From: an uncultured bacterium
GTDB taxonomy: Bacteria; GCA-001730085
Length of the DNA stretch: 32,000 nt
NCBI GenBank assembly: GCA_964565945.1
Contig: CAZMGY010000018.1
Location: 39,297 to 71,296 of the forward strand
Reading direction: 5' to 3'
Shown here: in pieces, positions 12,801 through 19,800 of the stretch
Position numbering within the stretch: position 1 is the stretch's first letter
How the letters are laid out: every line of letters begins with the position of its first letter
Notes under the pieces: model-generated
Seen by the model: the letters and a program-made list of their open reading frames with translations, nothing else
Database searches by the model: none
What the model was told of the DNA's origin: nothing
Position numbers and translations under genes: made by a program

Positions 12801-15800
12801 CGAGACATCGCCAACACATCCGATTTTTTAAAGCGATTCATCATCGAAGACGAGGCCACAGAAAATTTGATTGTTTCTTCTCCCAGAACTACAGAGCCCC
12901 CACTCAACACAAGTGCTTGCTGTTCTTCGTTAAGCTGGCTGAAACCATAGTGATCACTATTCCAAAAAGCATCCCACTTGGAACGATAATCCACGTCGGC
13001 GCCATCTTCATTCACGGTATAAGACGTTTCCCAACCTGTTGGAATGCGGAAAAATGTTCCTAACTCTTCACTTGTGCTACCAATTTTGTAATCTTCTTGA
13101 TCATACTCGAGTTCTTGGCCAAAGCTGTTATAAGCGATGTTATAACGAACCGTAATCTCTTTCATATTAGGAGATGCGTTTTTAACCCGAGATTCCTGAT
13201 ACGTCAAAAGCTTACCAAACTTATTGTACTGAATGTTTGTCCGTTCAGAGTGTGTCACGTCATCCACATCAAAGGCAGTTTCGTAATCAACAACAAAGTC
13301 ATCTTGGATCGCATTGATCATGCCCGTGGTAAAATCTTTATCATCAATAAGACTGTCTTGATTGAGGTCGAAGCGAGCCCATAACGCAGGATTCACATTA
13401 GCTAGAAACTCATAAAGCATTAATTTCTTAATCAAGCTCAAGTCATAATCAAATTCATTCAACGTTCTAGCTCCAAATAGTCTGCGGAAACGAACTTCTC
13501 CCAAAGCTTGCTTCATATCTTTAACCGAAATAATTTCTTTGTCTGGAAAGTATCTTCCGTACTCCACGGCGCCTAATGCCTCAATAGCTTGCGAGCGTGT
13601 GACTTCTGTGGCAAATCCAAACAAACGGGTGTAATGGTTGTAGCCAAGATCTTGAGTTACTTTTTGAGCAAGCTTAACAAAATCATCAACCGAAAAGGTC
13701 GAAGCCGTTTCAAGCTTTTCGATGATCGATAACAGATAATTTTTTAGGGATTGGCCAGTTAAAGAATACTTTTGAATCGTTTGACCTTGTTTTTGTGATT
13801 TTTCAATGTATTGTTTTTCGCGACCAAAAACATCATAATAAATTCGTTTTTTCTCTTTGATGGTGATCGAATCTGGCGATGATGTGCTCACACTGCTCTC
13901 TTTAGTGTATCTTTCCTGGCCTAGTTTATTATAGATCGTGTCGTTACGATGGACAATATCAGTCACATCAATCCGGGCTTCGCTCAATACCGACTTGGAT
14001 TTGATCTCGACCACAGCATCTCCCTTCTCATCTTTTAAACCAGTGCGAATGGTTGTATTATCATCAGCTGTAATGGCCTTTAAAAGGGCATTCAAATCTT
14101 TTATATCTGATTCCTTAATGGTCAAAAGACCATCTTTCTCCAAAAAGAAATGTTGCTCTGGTATCAACTGGGTTTTGACATCTTGAGTTGGAGTTTTGTA
14201 ACGCATAACTTGAGCTTGTCCAATACGACGCGAAGCAATTGAACGTTTTTTAAGTAGTCCCGTTGTGTCATAGTGCATATCTCTCACATAATCGATGGTC
14301 AATAAATCAGGCTTACTGAGATTTTTTTTGGTTTCGGTATAACCGATAAGCTGAGACAAATCATTATAGGTGGCTCCAATCCGTGTATTAAATTCTCGTG
14401 TGTCAATCACCTCTTGCAACTGAATACCTTTGCGAGAGGCTAAAACACCCCCCGCAGCAAGAGAATCCACAAAACTGACGCGTGCCTGTTGAGAATTACT
14501 CCATAGCTGAACAACAAAATCAATGTTTTTCTCGCTGTAATCAAACTGATTCAGTTTAGAGCGCAATTCGCTTTCTGATGTCACATTCCAATGAAAAAGG
14601 TCCTTATTGCTGGGATCGCTAACAAGAACCTGTTGTTCAACCGAATTGAGTGATGCTAGCAAGCTTGCATCCTCAAATGAAGCTCTTCCAATTTGACTTC
14701 CTAACAATTCAGTGAAGCCTGTGGCCTGAGCATGAGGCATTTGATCAAGCTCATTCTTGGTATAATAACGTAAGTTTCCAGTAGCTTTAGCCACAACAGA
14801 CTTAACCTGATCACCATCGACATAAAGCGCTTGATCTTGAGCGCTCATTTCGTTCCACTCCTCTTGAGTCATATAGAAAGATGTAAGACCTGTATGGTCA
14901 TCATTAATATCTACTTTGTGAAGCAATTGCAACAGAGAAACTTTTTGGGGTGTACCATAGGCCTTTTTCTTCTCAAAATCCAAATTCGCCCACTCTGACT
15001 CCGAGAAAAAATCAAAAGTTCCTGGAGAATCGTTTTTTTCACTCATCACCAAAACGCTGCCATTTTGCAAAATTCGTTGAAACGATGAATCTTGATCATT
15101 GACTTTTTCAAGTTCATCTCTTAAGGAATTATAAAAGATTTCTGTAACTTGATAGCGATCAAAATAAGTCGTTATATCTAAAGAATTTCTAGCATAAGGC
15201 AAAGCTGAACCTTCAACGCGAATAAGCTGATGAGCCGTCCCTGCAATAGTAACACTTTGCCCAAACAAAAGCCGTTCTTTATCTTCAGATGCTAAACCAT
15301 CAAACACACCACCTTTGATCCAAAAGGTACTCCAGTTACCTTGAACCCTCGATGCGCGCATATCGAAGGCCGCCTGCCACGCACTACGATCGCGATCAAA
15401 GCCTGTTTTCAAATCGTTAACAGCGACTTGATTATAGTTGGCAAAACCAAAAAAGCGCTTTGTTTGCCCATGCTTTGTTTTCGATTCCAAAAATCCTTTT
15501 TCTTGGCCCTCTCCTGTGTAAAAAATCGATTTACGCTCGACATGTGTTTCAACCCCTTGGTTATCTGTTACATCTTCGACATAGCTTTCAACTTGAACAT
15601 TGGAGTTATAAGTCGTTTTTCGACGTAAAATTGTGGTCGTATCGTTGATCTCGATGCTATCATTCACATAACCTAAAGTGAACGCTCCCAAATCATAATC
15701 GTCAAAAAAAGAGCCTATGTTCCTCACATAGGTGTTCAGCAAGTCTCCATCATTGGGGAAAAAAGTTTCGTTTTGAGCCACGGTGGCAATATTATCTGCA

Positions 15801-16696
15801 TTATCTGCTAAAGCAGCCAATACAGCAACTCTTTGCGTTCCGCTCAAATTTGTATCAATCAGATTTTTGAACCAGCTTAAGGCCTGTGAACGGATATCCA
15901 CAGCTTCGTCATGATAAATTTTAGCAATATATTCCTGAGTTAACAGGGCTTTGAGCCATGCATTATTTTCAACAATTTCCCTATTAACGCGTTCAACAGT
16001 GCTGACACCCTTTTTTTGGACTGTTTGACGATACGAATTCTGGCGGTCAAATTTTTCATATGTGATATCTGTCATTACTGTGATTGTCGTTAAATCGGGC
16101 TGAGCTGTTGAGCGTTTAATTTCATCATAGGCATTAATATTGCCCGTTTCGTTGTATTGAGTATTGGTGCGCAATAATCCTTCTTGAATGTCTTGCAACA
16201 CCTTATTATCCAACTGATCATAGGCCAATCGATGCGTAACATCGAGATACTCAAACGTTTGACCAAGACGATTGTACTCAATAGCACTTCTCGAAACACG
16301 TTCTGATTTTTCAAGGCTCTGAGTTTGCCCTTTAATCGTTTGTGAGCCTTTAACATTTTCGAATTGGGTGTAACCCGTCATTTGCTCAAATTGATTATAA
16401 GTGATATGGCTACGTGTTTTGCTGGTTTCAGAGCTACCTTTAGCTGCTATTTTGCTACTTTCACGATAAGCGACTTCTTGATTCAAATCATTACGTACAA
16501 TCGAAAAGCGGGATGTGCTGTTAATGTTGTTCAGTACATTTGTTTGTTGATAGCTCACCCCTGCGCTAGTCAATAAGTCCAAATCATTTTGATCGATCAC
16601 CTCATCTTTGTTTAAATCAAAATGTTTATCATAAGCGCGACGTTGCTCAATCATGTCTTTGATCATCATTTCGGATTCATAATAGTTGAAGTTCAT
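1..16696 (-). CDS. Giant secreted YD/RHS-type repeat protein, distal part. The 3' end lies beyond the window. 5,565 codons from ATG 16696; the frame is open from 16753. Most likely the same gene as 16784-22390.
   Basis: Hand translation of the minus frame with codon first bases at coordinates = 1 mod 3 shows no stop from 16753 down to position 2. I re-verified the 60-nt lines starting 16681, 14041, 13321, 13021, 12961, 12001, 11881, 10981, 10021, 9001, 8041, 6001, 4021, 2041, 1321 and 1. Dozens of YD-type repeats are present, e.g. NDMLYDRDGRLVSF (~3420), TGMTYDALGRVEAY (~4450), ENVSYNSFGQIESF (~6650). Every track ORF in this span is short and in another frame. Confidence 0.85.
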   Translation of the reverse strand, partial: MNFNYYESEMMIKDMIEQRRAYDKHFDLNKDEVIDQNDLDLLTSAGVSYQQTNVLNNINSTSRFSIVRNDLNQEVAYRESSKIAAKGSSETSKTRSHITYNQFEQMTGYTQFENVKGSQTIKGQTQSLEKSERVSRSAIEYNRLGQTFEYLDVTHRLAYDQLDNKVLQDIQEGLLRTNTQYNETGNINAYDEIKRSTAQPDLTTITVMTDITYEKFDRQNSYRQTVQKKGVSTVERVNREIVENNAWLKALLTQEYIAKIYHDEAVDIRSQALSWFKNLIDTNLSGTQRVAVLAALADNADNIATVAQNETFFPNDGDLLNTYVRNIGSFFDDYDLGAFTLGYVNDSIEINDTTTILRRKTTYNSNVQVESYVEDVTDNQGVETHVERKSIFYTGEGQEKGFLESKTKHGQTKRFFGFANYNQVAVNDLKTGFDRDRSAWQAAFDMRASRVQGNWSTFWIKGGVFDGLASEDKERLLFGQSVTIAGTAHQLIRVEGSALPYARNSLDITTYFDRYQVTEIFYNSLRDELEKVNDQDSSFQRILQNGSVLVMSEKNDSPGTFDFFSESEWANLDFEKKKAYGTPQKVSLLQLLHKVDINDDHTGLTSFYMTQEEWNEMSAQDQALYVDGDQVKSVVAKATGNLRYYTKNELDQMPHAQATGFTELLGSQIGRASFEDASLLASLNSVEQQVLVSDPSNKDLFHWNVTSESELRSKLNQFDYSEKNIDFVVQLWSNSQQARVSFVDSLAAGGVLASRKGIQLQEVIDTREFNTRIGATYNDLSQLIGYTETKKNLSKPDLLTIDYVRDMHYDTTGLLKKRSIASRRIGQAQVMRYKTPTQDVKTQLIPEQHFFLEKDGLLTIKESDIKDLNALLKAITADDNTTIRTGLKDEKGDAVVEIKSKSVLSEARIDVTDIVHRNDTIYNKLGQERYTKESSVSTSSPDSITIKEKKRIYYDVFGREKQYIEKSQKQGQTIQKYSLTGQSLKNYLLSIIEKLETASTFSVDDFVKLAQKVTQDLGYNHYTRLFGFATEVTRSQAIEALGAVEYGRYFPDKEIISVKDMKQALGEVRFRRLFGARTLNEFDYDLSLIKKLMLYEFLANVNPALWARFDLNQDSLIDDKDFTTGMINAIQDDFVVDYETAFDVDDVTHSERTNIQYNKFGKLLTYQESRVKNASPNMKEITVRYNIAYNSFGQELEYDQEDYKIGSTSEELGTFFRIPTGWETSYTVNEDGADVDYRSKWDAFWNSDHYGFSQLNEEQQALVLSGGSVVLGEETIKFSVASSSMMNRFKKSDVLAMSRGLISMEDFSTVTGTNAEKKAMWADLVAKNYIKNVGVYTDKMNRLLRHQDLNLKAPFSEHTEEIYNFLKNKKNDVIGLNDLDALGLNSQQLWDELEAKGYLLAQGLLLTKFLQMKEAVEFTLDERADQKAVIFAVLKNNQKEKVITKTKIEIPSGSEYRIISELLEESGELSEETRNVMREVIYNIVQAKNEENPDKSAIPSNSLMKNVINNYKKSLEENLASERRALANLNLTLNTLESPVDDERIAELFEEKVLINDRINAIVSKIEITEKLFGNELEGLFEAPEGWDTEAEFVVHEDGEEVSYQSKWRAFWLSPSFGYNTLTSEEQLILLGKSAREMTRIELGSAYLLSNATIEQMIVHNLIKIDPNKDTHIVWNIATRTILASKLLEFAYSVSDKTKILNLWDQTHSVALPELRDRAARVQIPVQGSFQLAPKSEVSLNTFLLPDKDSANSGERERWEEYFGLAEHGQLTDSQTFIGLRNDWKAQFEVPTSMTQAEWNNFWRVGGLIDSFSAVQKYKLLQGSKVICDMVTATEEVKGIHYYKAFHFERTISASLSNNMRENLQIIMSKYHAEKTKRNRYAERQYELQQHIDALHTVQSENNQYISRINQISNDQIQDIINQQTGLSRLVEEHKVQMMKYELLEPMGSLFADIDRLLDEEMDLLRNKAAGVTFSARSQNTALIIQLQKWANPTIKKVKNLDLSTPSNAVYEYFTPDVFATLNANDYDKTNATNTTLQNASTEMTAALSALSAVSASPPTADYVAYRIKHDVYSYGIKRMEVLAGYYEQMIATFFKKYADMHANMDSQVEQMSAIRTQTDRLRDHSFNRIAAGANLHDVFNMFEGMDAGVKADAMAATNVFLQSFKDAAIRVFNDPTQNVTATLRSSNQNLFPTDLDTLVAGDYARSYERTTNLFNDSLFETVNYQTRAYESVGNTEFNAFIDGGLPVNDYNIQINYFTPNFNIRDTLLRGFAVDQYNAAQAFEGTIDYDSVPNLSYGEAKKQVQAALVRREAQDIVKIISQEVRSGIPDDNITDLEEVWVQDIHMNASNLINHAKLFLRAYLDGEDPDRDNFNLTRAHVNYTDLPDGEYKSFLSNLVNNLTLVDLDRSATMVSIEDADPSTSPNLSDLPTHFIFQEKLASDTQTYNLRQMYQDAVTADDIQKKNAVLMILAFDEQNDSYDDIQTAFRKKVLLHTSGIMDVTESMNGHSDWIINNIDKAIPAYKPLIQNNYNADAGDADKALKDVIDTQLARLRVLNATGFATHFANQADSILDIYDPNYATPNPADFQVPAFSPYGNRPASFQTKPGFHISRAIASVSKQRIINALKIKEENDAYVDYKGLYDAAQTIMDNNSGSTTLQQSRRAAANQIRDFAGLIIESIKANMSLLKEMAVKGVSADEALVGSQKIAADTAIANRNNARAKFTAIRDVTNQFITNQMNVKTNDSYLADGQARDQSLEALMGSLITDRVVTPAPQGDISASRASTKAGVTENLYNYTSAAPEANDIHTFIEQVEHASAYGATQVADNFSNIAIVNNFISEELQRYDLISRARNAAQDRINRGNVDLADYRTYYETAFDNTLSNNTLGSMGQGSIVNGIRTHVNDQYFSDAYDYWETRGDFFGLRQYDDAGAGTFAFNNIIDKAGWSRFNGDRTYTNKNYDDTSLFNAIYSEESQRIRSGLIESGLNAIDQNQNVTRGQFNASVNAYLASPTAANRLTLVNQLDHVSIADLTSLTNAQLAVLTLNHGTLSIGASTGTYNWRSLLNAHQSASNDQERYIASMKIRAAVEAIKTNVTNNIKKEVHNYVNDDYTDMLPTAHNNFVKLYIMTDDDETNNYEPYTESNKPSSDSIYQQRNRLLTESSSKVDGDITECLTKSKAILELSSDSIADYFAKELSVMNLSLDSMQLNDNIRTLAQSINQHHTDWIGAVDSPEVLGAKPDLKLKGIEANYKRRELASDQEMNILFTRYQNTVSRLQSLASASSSVEASIGSELDFLIKKDPSEPANDGVIVKFIDKYIETSSVYMGYIRKSIKKKIQEKNFTRRENVSYNSFGQIESFTEISNNKVDATIQRKEKQMIRYNGFGQEVSYTETNRKTDDGTVQQSLYDYENISEDGSLSFDDLTPDEKKLLLEQKTLRVMRGGVSKNLNLQTVSKPLTINELTHTVRKGTTYDSQGYVLGYVQFVKNDQTQQITTTERTNTRYNRFGQQIAYDDLIHEGGEFTNEVEQLYELPANWDTYTAEKKAKLIKGEVLEIEDELGQITDRIKLKTTQVSQGVIFKMGRIKVDGVFYDLNQLLLDSYPNGTYQSVEEMKQAIMDAIASSSSFERVMTEEEGYYMWDPAQKLYDVFGKAQTLYGKDGEILKGLYAVQKKLSFAQSFSQHIYDSPDPLTRQKLMASDLYINDSGSRLSAANIQNVLLFQKFQYKKDQIKGLLNNYKETKRRFVTYNSLGQMASYQDQTNNNPYNIDADGNPLQTGEFKTYSEDQYDRNQPYYFDYYREDQILKNDQSEDLYYIENNVLKEAIYGDLLDTDVDLFTYNGEFSESGQAEFDPRDLTVEVINGLKLYKDTDHNIVMKEVLGVLNLKDEKGAQLYLADGSMASINATRTDSLSYPVYYYDSADPETRKIVYGRWHSQLGPDIFFKKTHSSGDFVRDAYGQKVPEFVANDAYILEMNTRINIIYNEESKTLGYVDVNHKLGVGLEFDSKETHIRSNMVYNALGQNSSYIEEQYNSQSPKQRTLVQRSDMIYNWGGQLTGYRERTNSDDKPDLDVLTLRTGMTYDALGRVEAYQDVSEQKSVIIKQYEVNLFKFSKIELTNLVNGGIIYKDGLKFVYQDISKHQKATISSNQRSVVTEYLNYLNAEFKGKLDASVFDALDLTVAQKAMLWTELENNGYINGERKVLNAFEELSNFTKMTLTDTFAHYKGSIFNIIRQNLDYDRSSKKYLKVDASLLEKLTVTQRQNMRYDVAGRTQSFEEITRSTDAPDLNKTRIWQALTYDSSGRNTAYNEVNYEQGRDSFNNPLNKTIYSSRSNINYNTAGQNLGYFELVSDSSAPNIRIETIRKDTQYDLLGRITSYRENGYNSSAKSFSTFVKKMIYNTLGQNISIEKEEKVGGVAQSLIRNDMLYDRDGRLVSFNDFVDKGDAVSQTHYSGIEYNRLGQKIAENTKNFDSKGNVSLKYTWNMGYDQNGRLIKKREDRVDNGSRTDNVMWFAIDKDKLDFTIPEFSSDPEHSNALGLSRTSSQMNIFYKNYVIQERAYDANGNLLASMEKGTNSYGKKFIKVEKTDYAKKNKVHNILRNYRYDNTGSNVLEVREDRFDVDQLTLKDEASNPIVLHLDDAFSVAGGSILAKTEIEPPAQIGKYMIKDGQVSYFIRPDQTIGLKRADGTVLDGIFLEAIKNEAGQVTGTTGKVLYYAFYYEDYDQATQTGGDNTGLVTSSTSLSRKYDKWGQLKDVPLEGGAYYKDETQIKSQRTYDNDGQVTWDSATTSKYRFGENNYALTETTVKEFFYDNSVKEIRLNLNSGSNELPVGVSPLKHLLPAGLIDFYDMDLPYTTWSADALDDTEAEFKAKLDFADDVEDALWKTLSYSKNSLDYRFKRKVNEYVMVMNEGAYLDIYKTKFLAQGTDLGKTSHDDMQVVTWKVQKARKILEKYFLISSDYTNPKQGQLDRFAVRLKDLQRTLKAVNNATAQDLQNIRGILTGQDYPEVQGVKAAFSAWMMTFDGLSNADKNAFLDSLFGNYIYNLRDRAAQGFVIRPEITLELIINKLNPVSASNPTGIPVQQSLDVDKIKIMQRIVKEQPQVVDVLAEFRLALSDRNKNGVLSTEEANVLAKMINEEALTVPEDAIKNANTALVLIANKFQALVSIIGPYELNIASLDYARISNSHKRVAAMEGFFSAIHLKGNTRLSVQHFEKFDYRGMPIHVTKQEYQKNRSTNLLNGKLPKRLDGDTLVIDQDALLNGFSQSENTKRIMGYNDNLRLSHSHEIDYLSKKQTTTFDRVYREDGRLLSDRRWEYPDTNNMATRRALATHYTYYTDGRQSNKMTQTGTNFLYDVAQKRYTIQGLTKEEESANIYDELTGRLKGREQYIYNYRVRAYEDGTAMLDLEGRELTGKFLVEASSEFDFKYNLFEQVTHKLNSKFDMYGNRTALEEFNDYIYDSMGKAVEHALVTTQYRKEDFDRVLTLDGAKRISGKNTINASDMSKEVLRRLRVLKQNQVAVEGDINSKLYDVIMRSHQGKLTQREKKFGLSHMLEAFKTGFYNWVRGF
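2330..6690 (-). repeat. YD/YN-G-Q repeat block 4, the densest and most regular, with inserts at ~5500-6080 and ~3960-4400.
   Basis: Translated motifs: ENVSYNSFGQIESF, MIRYNGFGQEVSY, TRYNRFGQQIAY, FVTYNSLGQMASY, NMVYNALGQNSSY, DMIYNWGGQLTGYRERTNSDDKPDL, GMTYDALGRVEAY, NMRYDVAGRTQSFEEITRSTDAPDL, ALTYDSSGRNTAY, NINYNTAGQNLGY, DTQYDLLGRITSY, DMLYDRDGRLVSF, GIEYNRLGQKIA, NMGYDQNGRLI, RAYDANGNLL, YRYDNTGSNV, RTYDNDGQVTW. Confidence 0.75.
11780..11950 (-). repeat. Trp-rich module, copy 2, 1,101 nt downstream of copy 1 in the coding direction.
   Basis: Hand-verified translation: FEAPEGWDTEAEFVVHEDGEEVSYQSKWRAFWLSPSFGYNTLTSEEQLILLGKS. It aligns position for position with copy 1. Confidence 0.7.
12880..13050 (-). 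repeat. Trp-rich module, copy 1 (P-x-G-W-E-T...EDG..V.Y.SKW.AFW...G...L..E.Q).
   Basis: Hand-verified translation: FRIPTGWETSYTVNEDGADVDYRSKWDAFWNSDHYGFSQLNEEQQALVLSGGS. Confidence 0.7.
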
Positions 16697-16700
16697 ATCA
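13090..16700 (-). repeat. YD/YN-G-Q repeat block 3, interrupted by non-repeat stretches.
   Basis: Translated motifs: SAIEYNRLGQTFEY, TQYNETGNINAYDEIKRSTAQPDL, GATYNDLSQLIGYTETKKNLSKPDL, RDMHYDTTGLL, DTIYNKLGQERY, RIYYDVFGREKQY, NIQYNKFGKLLTYQE, IAYNSFGQELEY. Confidence 0.65.
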
Positions 16701-16753
16701 GTCAGAGAGCTTCCCAGCTCAACGTCACGTTCATCATAAGAAAACTTCAAACC

Positions 16754-16812
16754 ATCAAGATAAACACCCTCCCAGGTTTTTAGCTTAACACTTGTTCCCA
16801 AAGCAACACCAT
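16754..16812 (-). other. Local frame disruption inside the giant gene: two in-frame stops bridged by an open +1 frame.
   Basis: The main frame reads ...KVDTSDGVAFGNKC*AKNLGGCLS*WFEVSYDERD, with TAA at 16786-16784 and TGA at 16756-16754. The frame with codon first bases = 0 mod 3 is open from 16821 to 16705. It reads LGTSVKLKTWEGVYLDGLKF, which joins DGVA and SYDERDVELG smoothly. The shift points coincide with a T4 run (plus-strand A4, 16799-16802) and the AAGTTTCT stretch near 16739-16745. Confidence 0.8.
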
Positions 16813-19800
16813 CAGAAGTATCTACTTTTAAATTCGCCAAATTTTTAGGATCAAAATTAAACGTTGGATTTGGCACATAAACTTTCTTAATAGCTTCCCA
16901 GACACGATCTTTGTCACTACGCCGCATCGAGCCAAGAGCCTCATAAAATGAGTCGCGATCATTGCCCAACTTGGTCACGGTCACTTGCGTAGGGCTCTCT
17001 TGATCTTCAACAACCAATCCTTGATCCAACAACACTTGCAAGCGATTGCCTAAAAGATCTTTACTGATACGTCCGTCATTATTGATTGCGCGAATAATCT
17101 GATTCATGTCGGTCAATTCCTCACGAGACGTGCTTGAATCAGAGGTCAGAGTATAAACCTGGGTTACATTTGATTCTTCATCCCAAATTCTATTGTCGGT
17201 GTACTTACGTTCCCAACGATTAATGGTATCTACAGCACCTGGAACACTGTGTAAATTGGTATCTTCAACAAAGCTTTTCAGACGAAATTGATCATCGTAT
17301 TTCATATCATAGCGAAGGGTTCGGCTTTTTTTATCAGGGCTGTCCGAGCGTTGAGTTGTGTCTTCGTAAGACAAAATAAGACCCGTCGAAACTTGCTGAA
17401 TTTTAGCATGGGCATCAATGTAATCAACCTTTTTGTAAGTAATATTTTTTCTTTCGCTGATTTGACGCGAACGCCGCTCACCGCCTAAAACATTTAAGCT
17501 AAAAACCATATTTTCCGTGATTGAACCAGGAAGAACATTTTGTGCACCCAAATTTCCATAAGGACCGTTAACACCAAAGAAGAACTCTAGGATTAAATCA
17601 TTGACGGCTTGTTGGCTCACAGCATCTGGCTCGACCGCCTCACGTTCTTTAAGCGCACGATAAATCTTTTGAGCCAGTTTTTGACGTGGAGCATTAATAT
17701 CATCTTTAGCCATTAGGAAATCACTGCTCTTAAATACGTCTTGCCCTGATTTGATCTGATTAATCATGGTAACAGTTTCATTTTGATCGAAGTTTTTTGT
17801 TAAATGTTCTCCCAAAAAGATTTTATGCGTTAAGGCAATTTTAGCATTGACTGGAATCGTATCGATCTTTACGTCGCGACCATTAAGGGAACCAATGGCT
17901 ACTCCGTCCACGTCGGGTGTTTGTGATACCTGAGAATTCTCTCCAAAAAAGTAATCAAGAATTTTATTATTTACAGAATGAACAGTGATTTCACCATTGT
18001 TGCGGGGATCCCCATCTTCGAGATTTACCAAATCGTTGTAAATGTCACTAGCCAAAACCTTAAGCGCGTGATCTTTATCCTTAAGATAATAAAAATCATA
18101 TTGTCCAAAGACCTTAGTACTATTAAGCAATGATACAGCTAATTGTTGCAGAGCAGCACCTTCATAAGCTACATATTCATCCGCTTCCCCCATTTTTTCT
18201 GTGATTTCTTCGTAAGACAACATCCTCCCATCGGCATCATAGTTTCCAGACCAATCGACAATCGTATCAATCGCTTGCTGACCATTGTTATCATATTTGC
18301 GGGTGATTTTATGCTCATTGATCCGTAAGCTACGAACTTTTTCGTATTCGGTTTCAATCACAGTGATTTTCTTAGGAAAGCTTACATCAATTCCCTTAGA
18401 ATGATTGTCATGTTCCATATCAAACTCAGCTTCTTTGGAGAAGATCTTGTTGCCGCGAGAATTATATTGGCCTGACCAGCGAAAAGTTTTGTTCTCTTTA
18501 AGCTCACCTGTCGATTTATAAGTAATGTCCCCTCGATAAAATTCTTTTTCCTTGCGATCTTTTTTCTTTGCACCTTCAAGATAGGTGTAAGCACCTTGCC
18601 ACTTTTCATAACGTTCACCATTCACCGTGTTCATACCAGTCTCATAAGAACCTAGGGTTTTTCCATCACTGTTATAAGGGTATTTTGTCACAATTAAATC
18701 ATCACGACTCAAACCACTAGGTCGAAGAATAGCTAAATTAACTGTGCTGAGATCAAAATCTTTGGTGATTAAAATGGCTTGATTATTACTATCTAGAATT
18801 GGCTTAATAATACCCTCACGATTTTTGTATTCTAGGATGTTGGAAGCATTCCATTTGATGTCGACAAATTCCTTGCCTTCGTTCTTTTTGTAGGATTTAT
18901 AGCTTAATTCTAGGTCATTATTGTCGTAAGAAATGTCACGACGTTTCTCAACAGAGGTTCCTTGAATTTGACCAGAAATCAATTCACGATCATATTCCAA
19001 TGAACGATCAGCTGCATCATACTTCATATTCTTCATTCTCGTGATGTTCAATACCCCATCAGTCACGGTGCGTTCGGTGTAAGATTCTGTTCTTTTCAAA
19101 GTATCGTATTTCATATCAAAACGATGCGTCTGGGTGCTGTGGCCATTAGAGATGTTTTTCGAGAAATATTCTTTGCGATTGTCATCATGATCATAATAAA
19201 TTGCCTGCATTTCCATGTTGTACTCAGATCCTTCAGCATTCACGCCCTCTTCTTGATAGGCATATAGGCGCTTTTTTTTGTCATAAACCATGTTTGTTTT
19301 TTTGCTATAGGTTTCATTCACAATCGGATGCTCAATTCCTTTGGTCTCTTTTATTTTAACGATGCTTCCAGTCAAACGTTGGTCAGCGTTATAACCAAGA
19401 TTTGACGTTTCTGTCATAGATTCGCTGTATGATGCAACTTTACTCTTGTCTTTCACATCACGGTGGGTTACTTTGCGATAATCGGTGTAATTAAATAACT
19501 GCCCTTTAACCAAACGCACATCGGACTCTAAGTGACCCTCTTTAATCAAGTTTTCGTTACTATAAGAATCTAGCTCACTCGCATCGCGGTAAGATTCAGA
19601 AACCATGTCTTTGATCAATTCACCGCGCTGACCTTCACCTTTAATAATCCAACTTTTACTCTGTTCCGTTTCGGTGTTGTACTTAAGCAAGTTAAAATCC
19701 CTTTCCAATTCACCATAAACAGAACCTCCCCAAGTTTGATAGCTAACAGATTCGACACCCACTTTATGTTTTTCCAAGTCTTTGGCCGTTAAAACATAAC

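Larger units (their letters stand above)
6700..13080 (-). other. Central ~2,100-residue non-YD region of the giant protein. It is rich in N/Q/A/D/S/T and looks largely helical.
   Basis: No Y-[DN]-x-x-G motifs are seen across this span in the hand translation. It contains the duplicated Trp-rich modules and a heptad-like coiled-coil stretch (~10790-11065). I noticed no HExxH or other familiar catalytic signature. Confidence 0.6.

Noticed and set aside
16705-16812. A possible independent small gene, ATG 16812 to TGA 16702 (36 codons), or an independent start of a second large gene at ATG 16696.
   Set aside because: The small ORF is just the bridging frame of the disrupted patch. ATG 16696 has no convincing RBS, and the sequence on both sides is the same repeat protein in the same frame.
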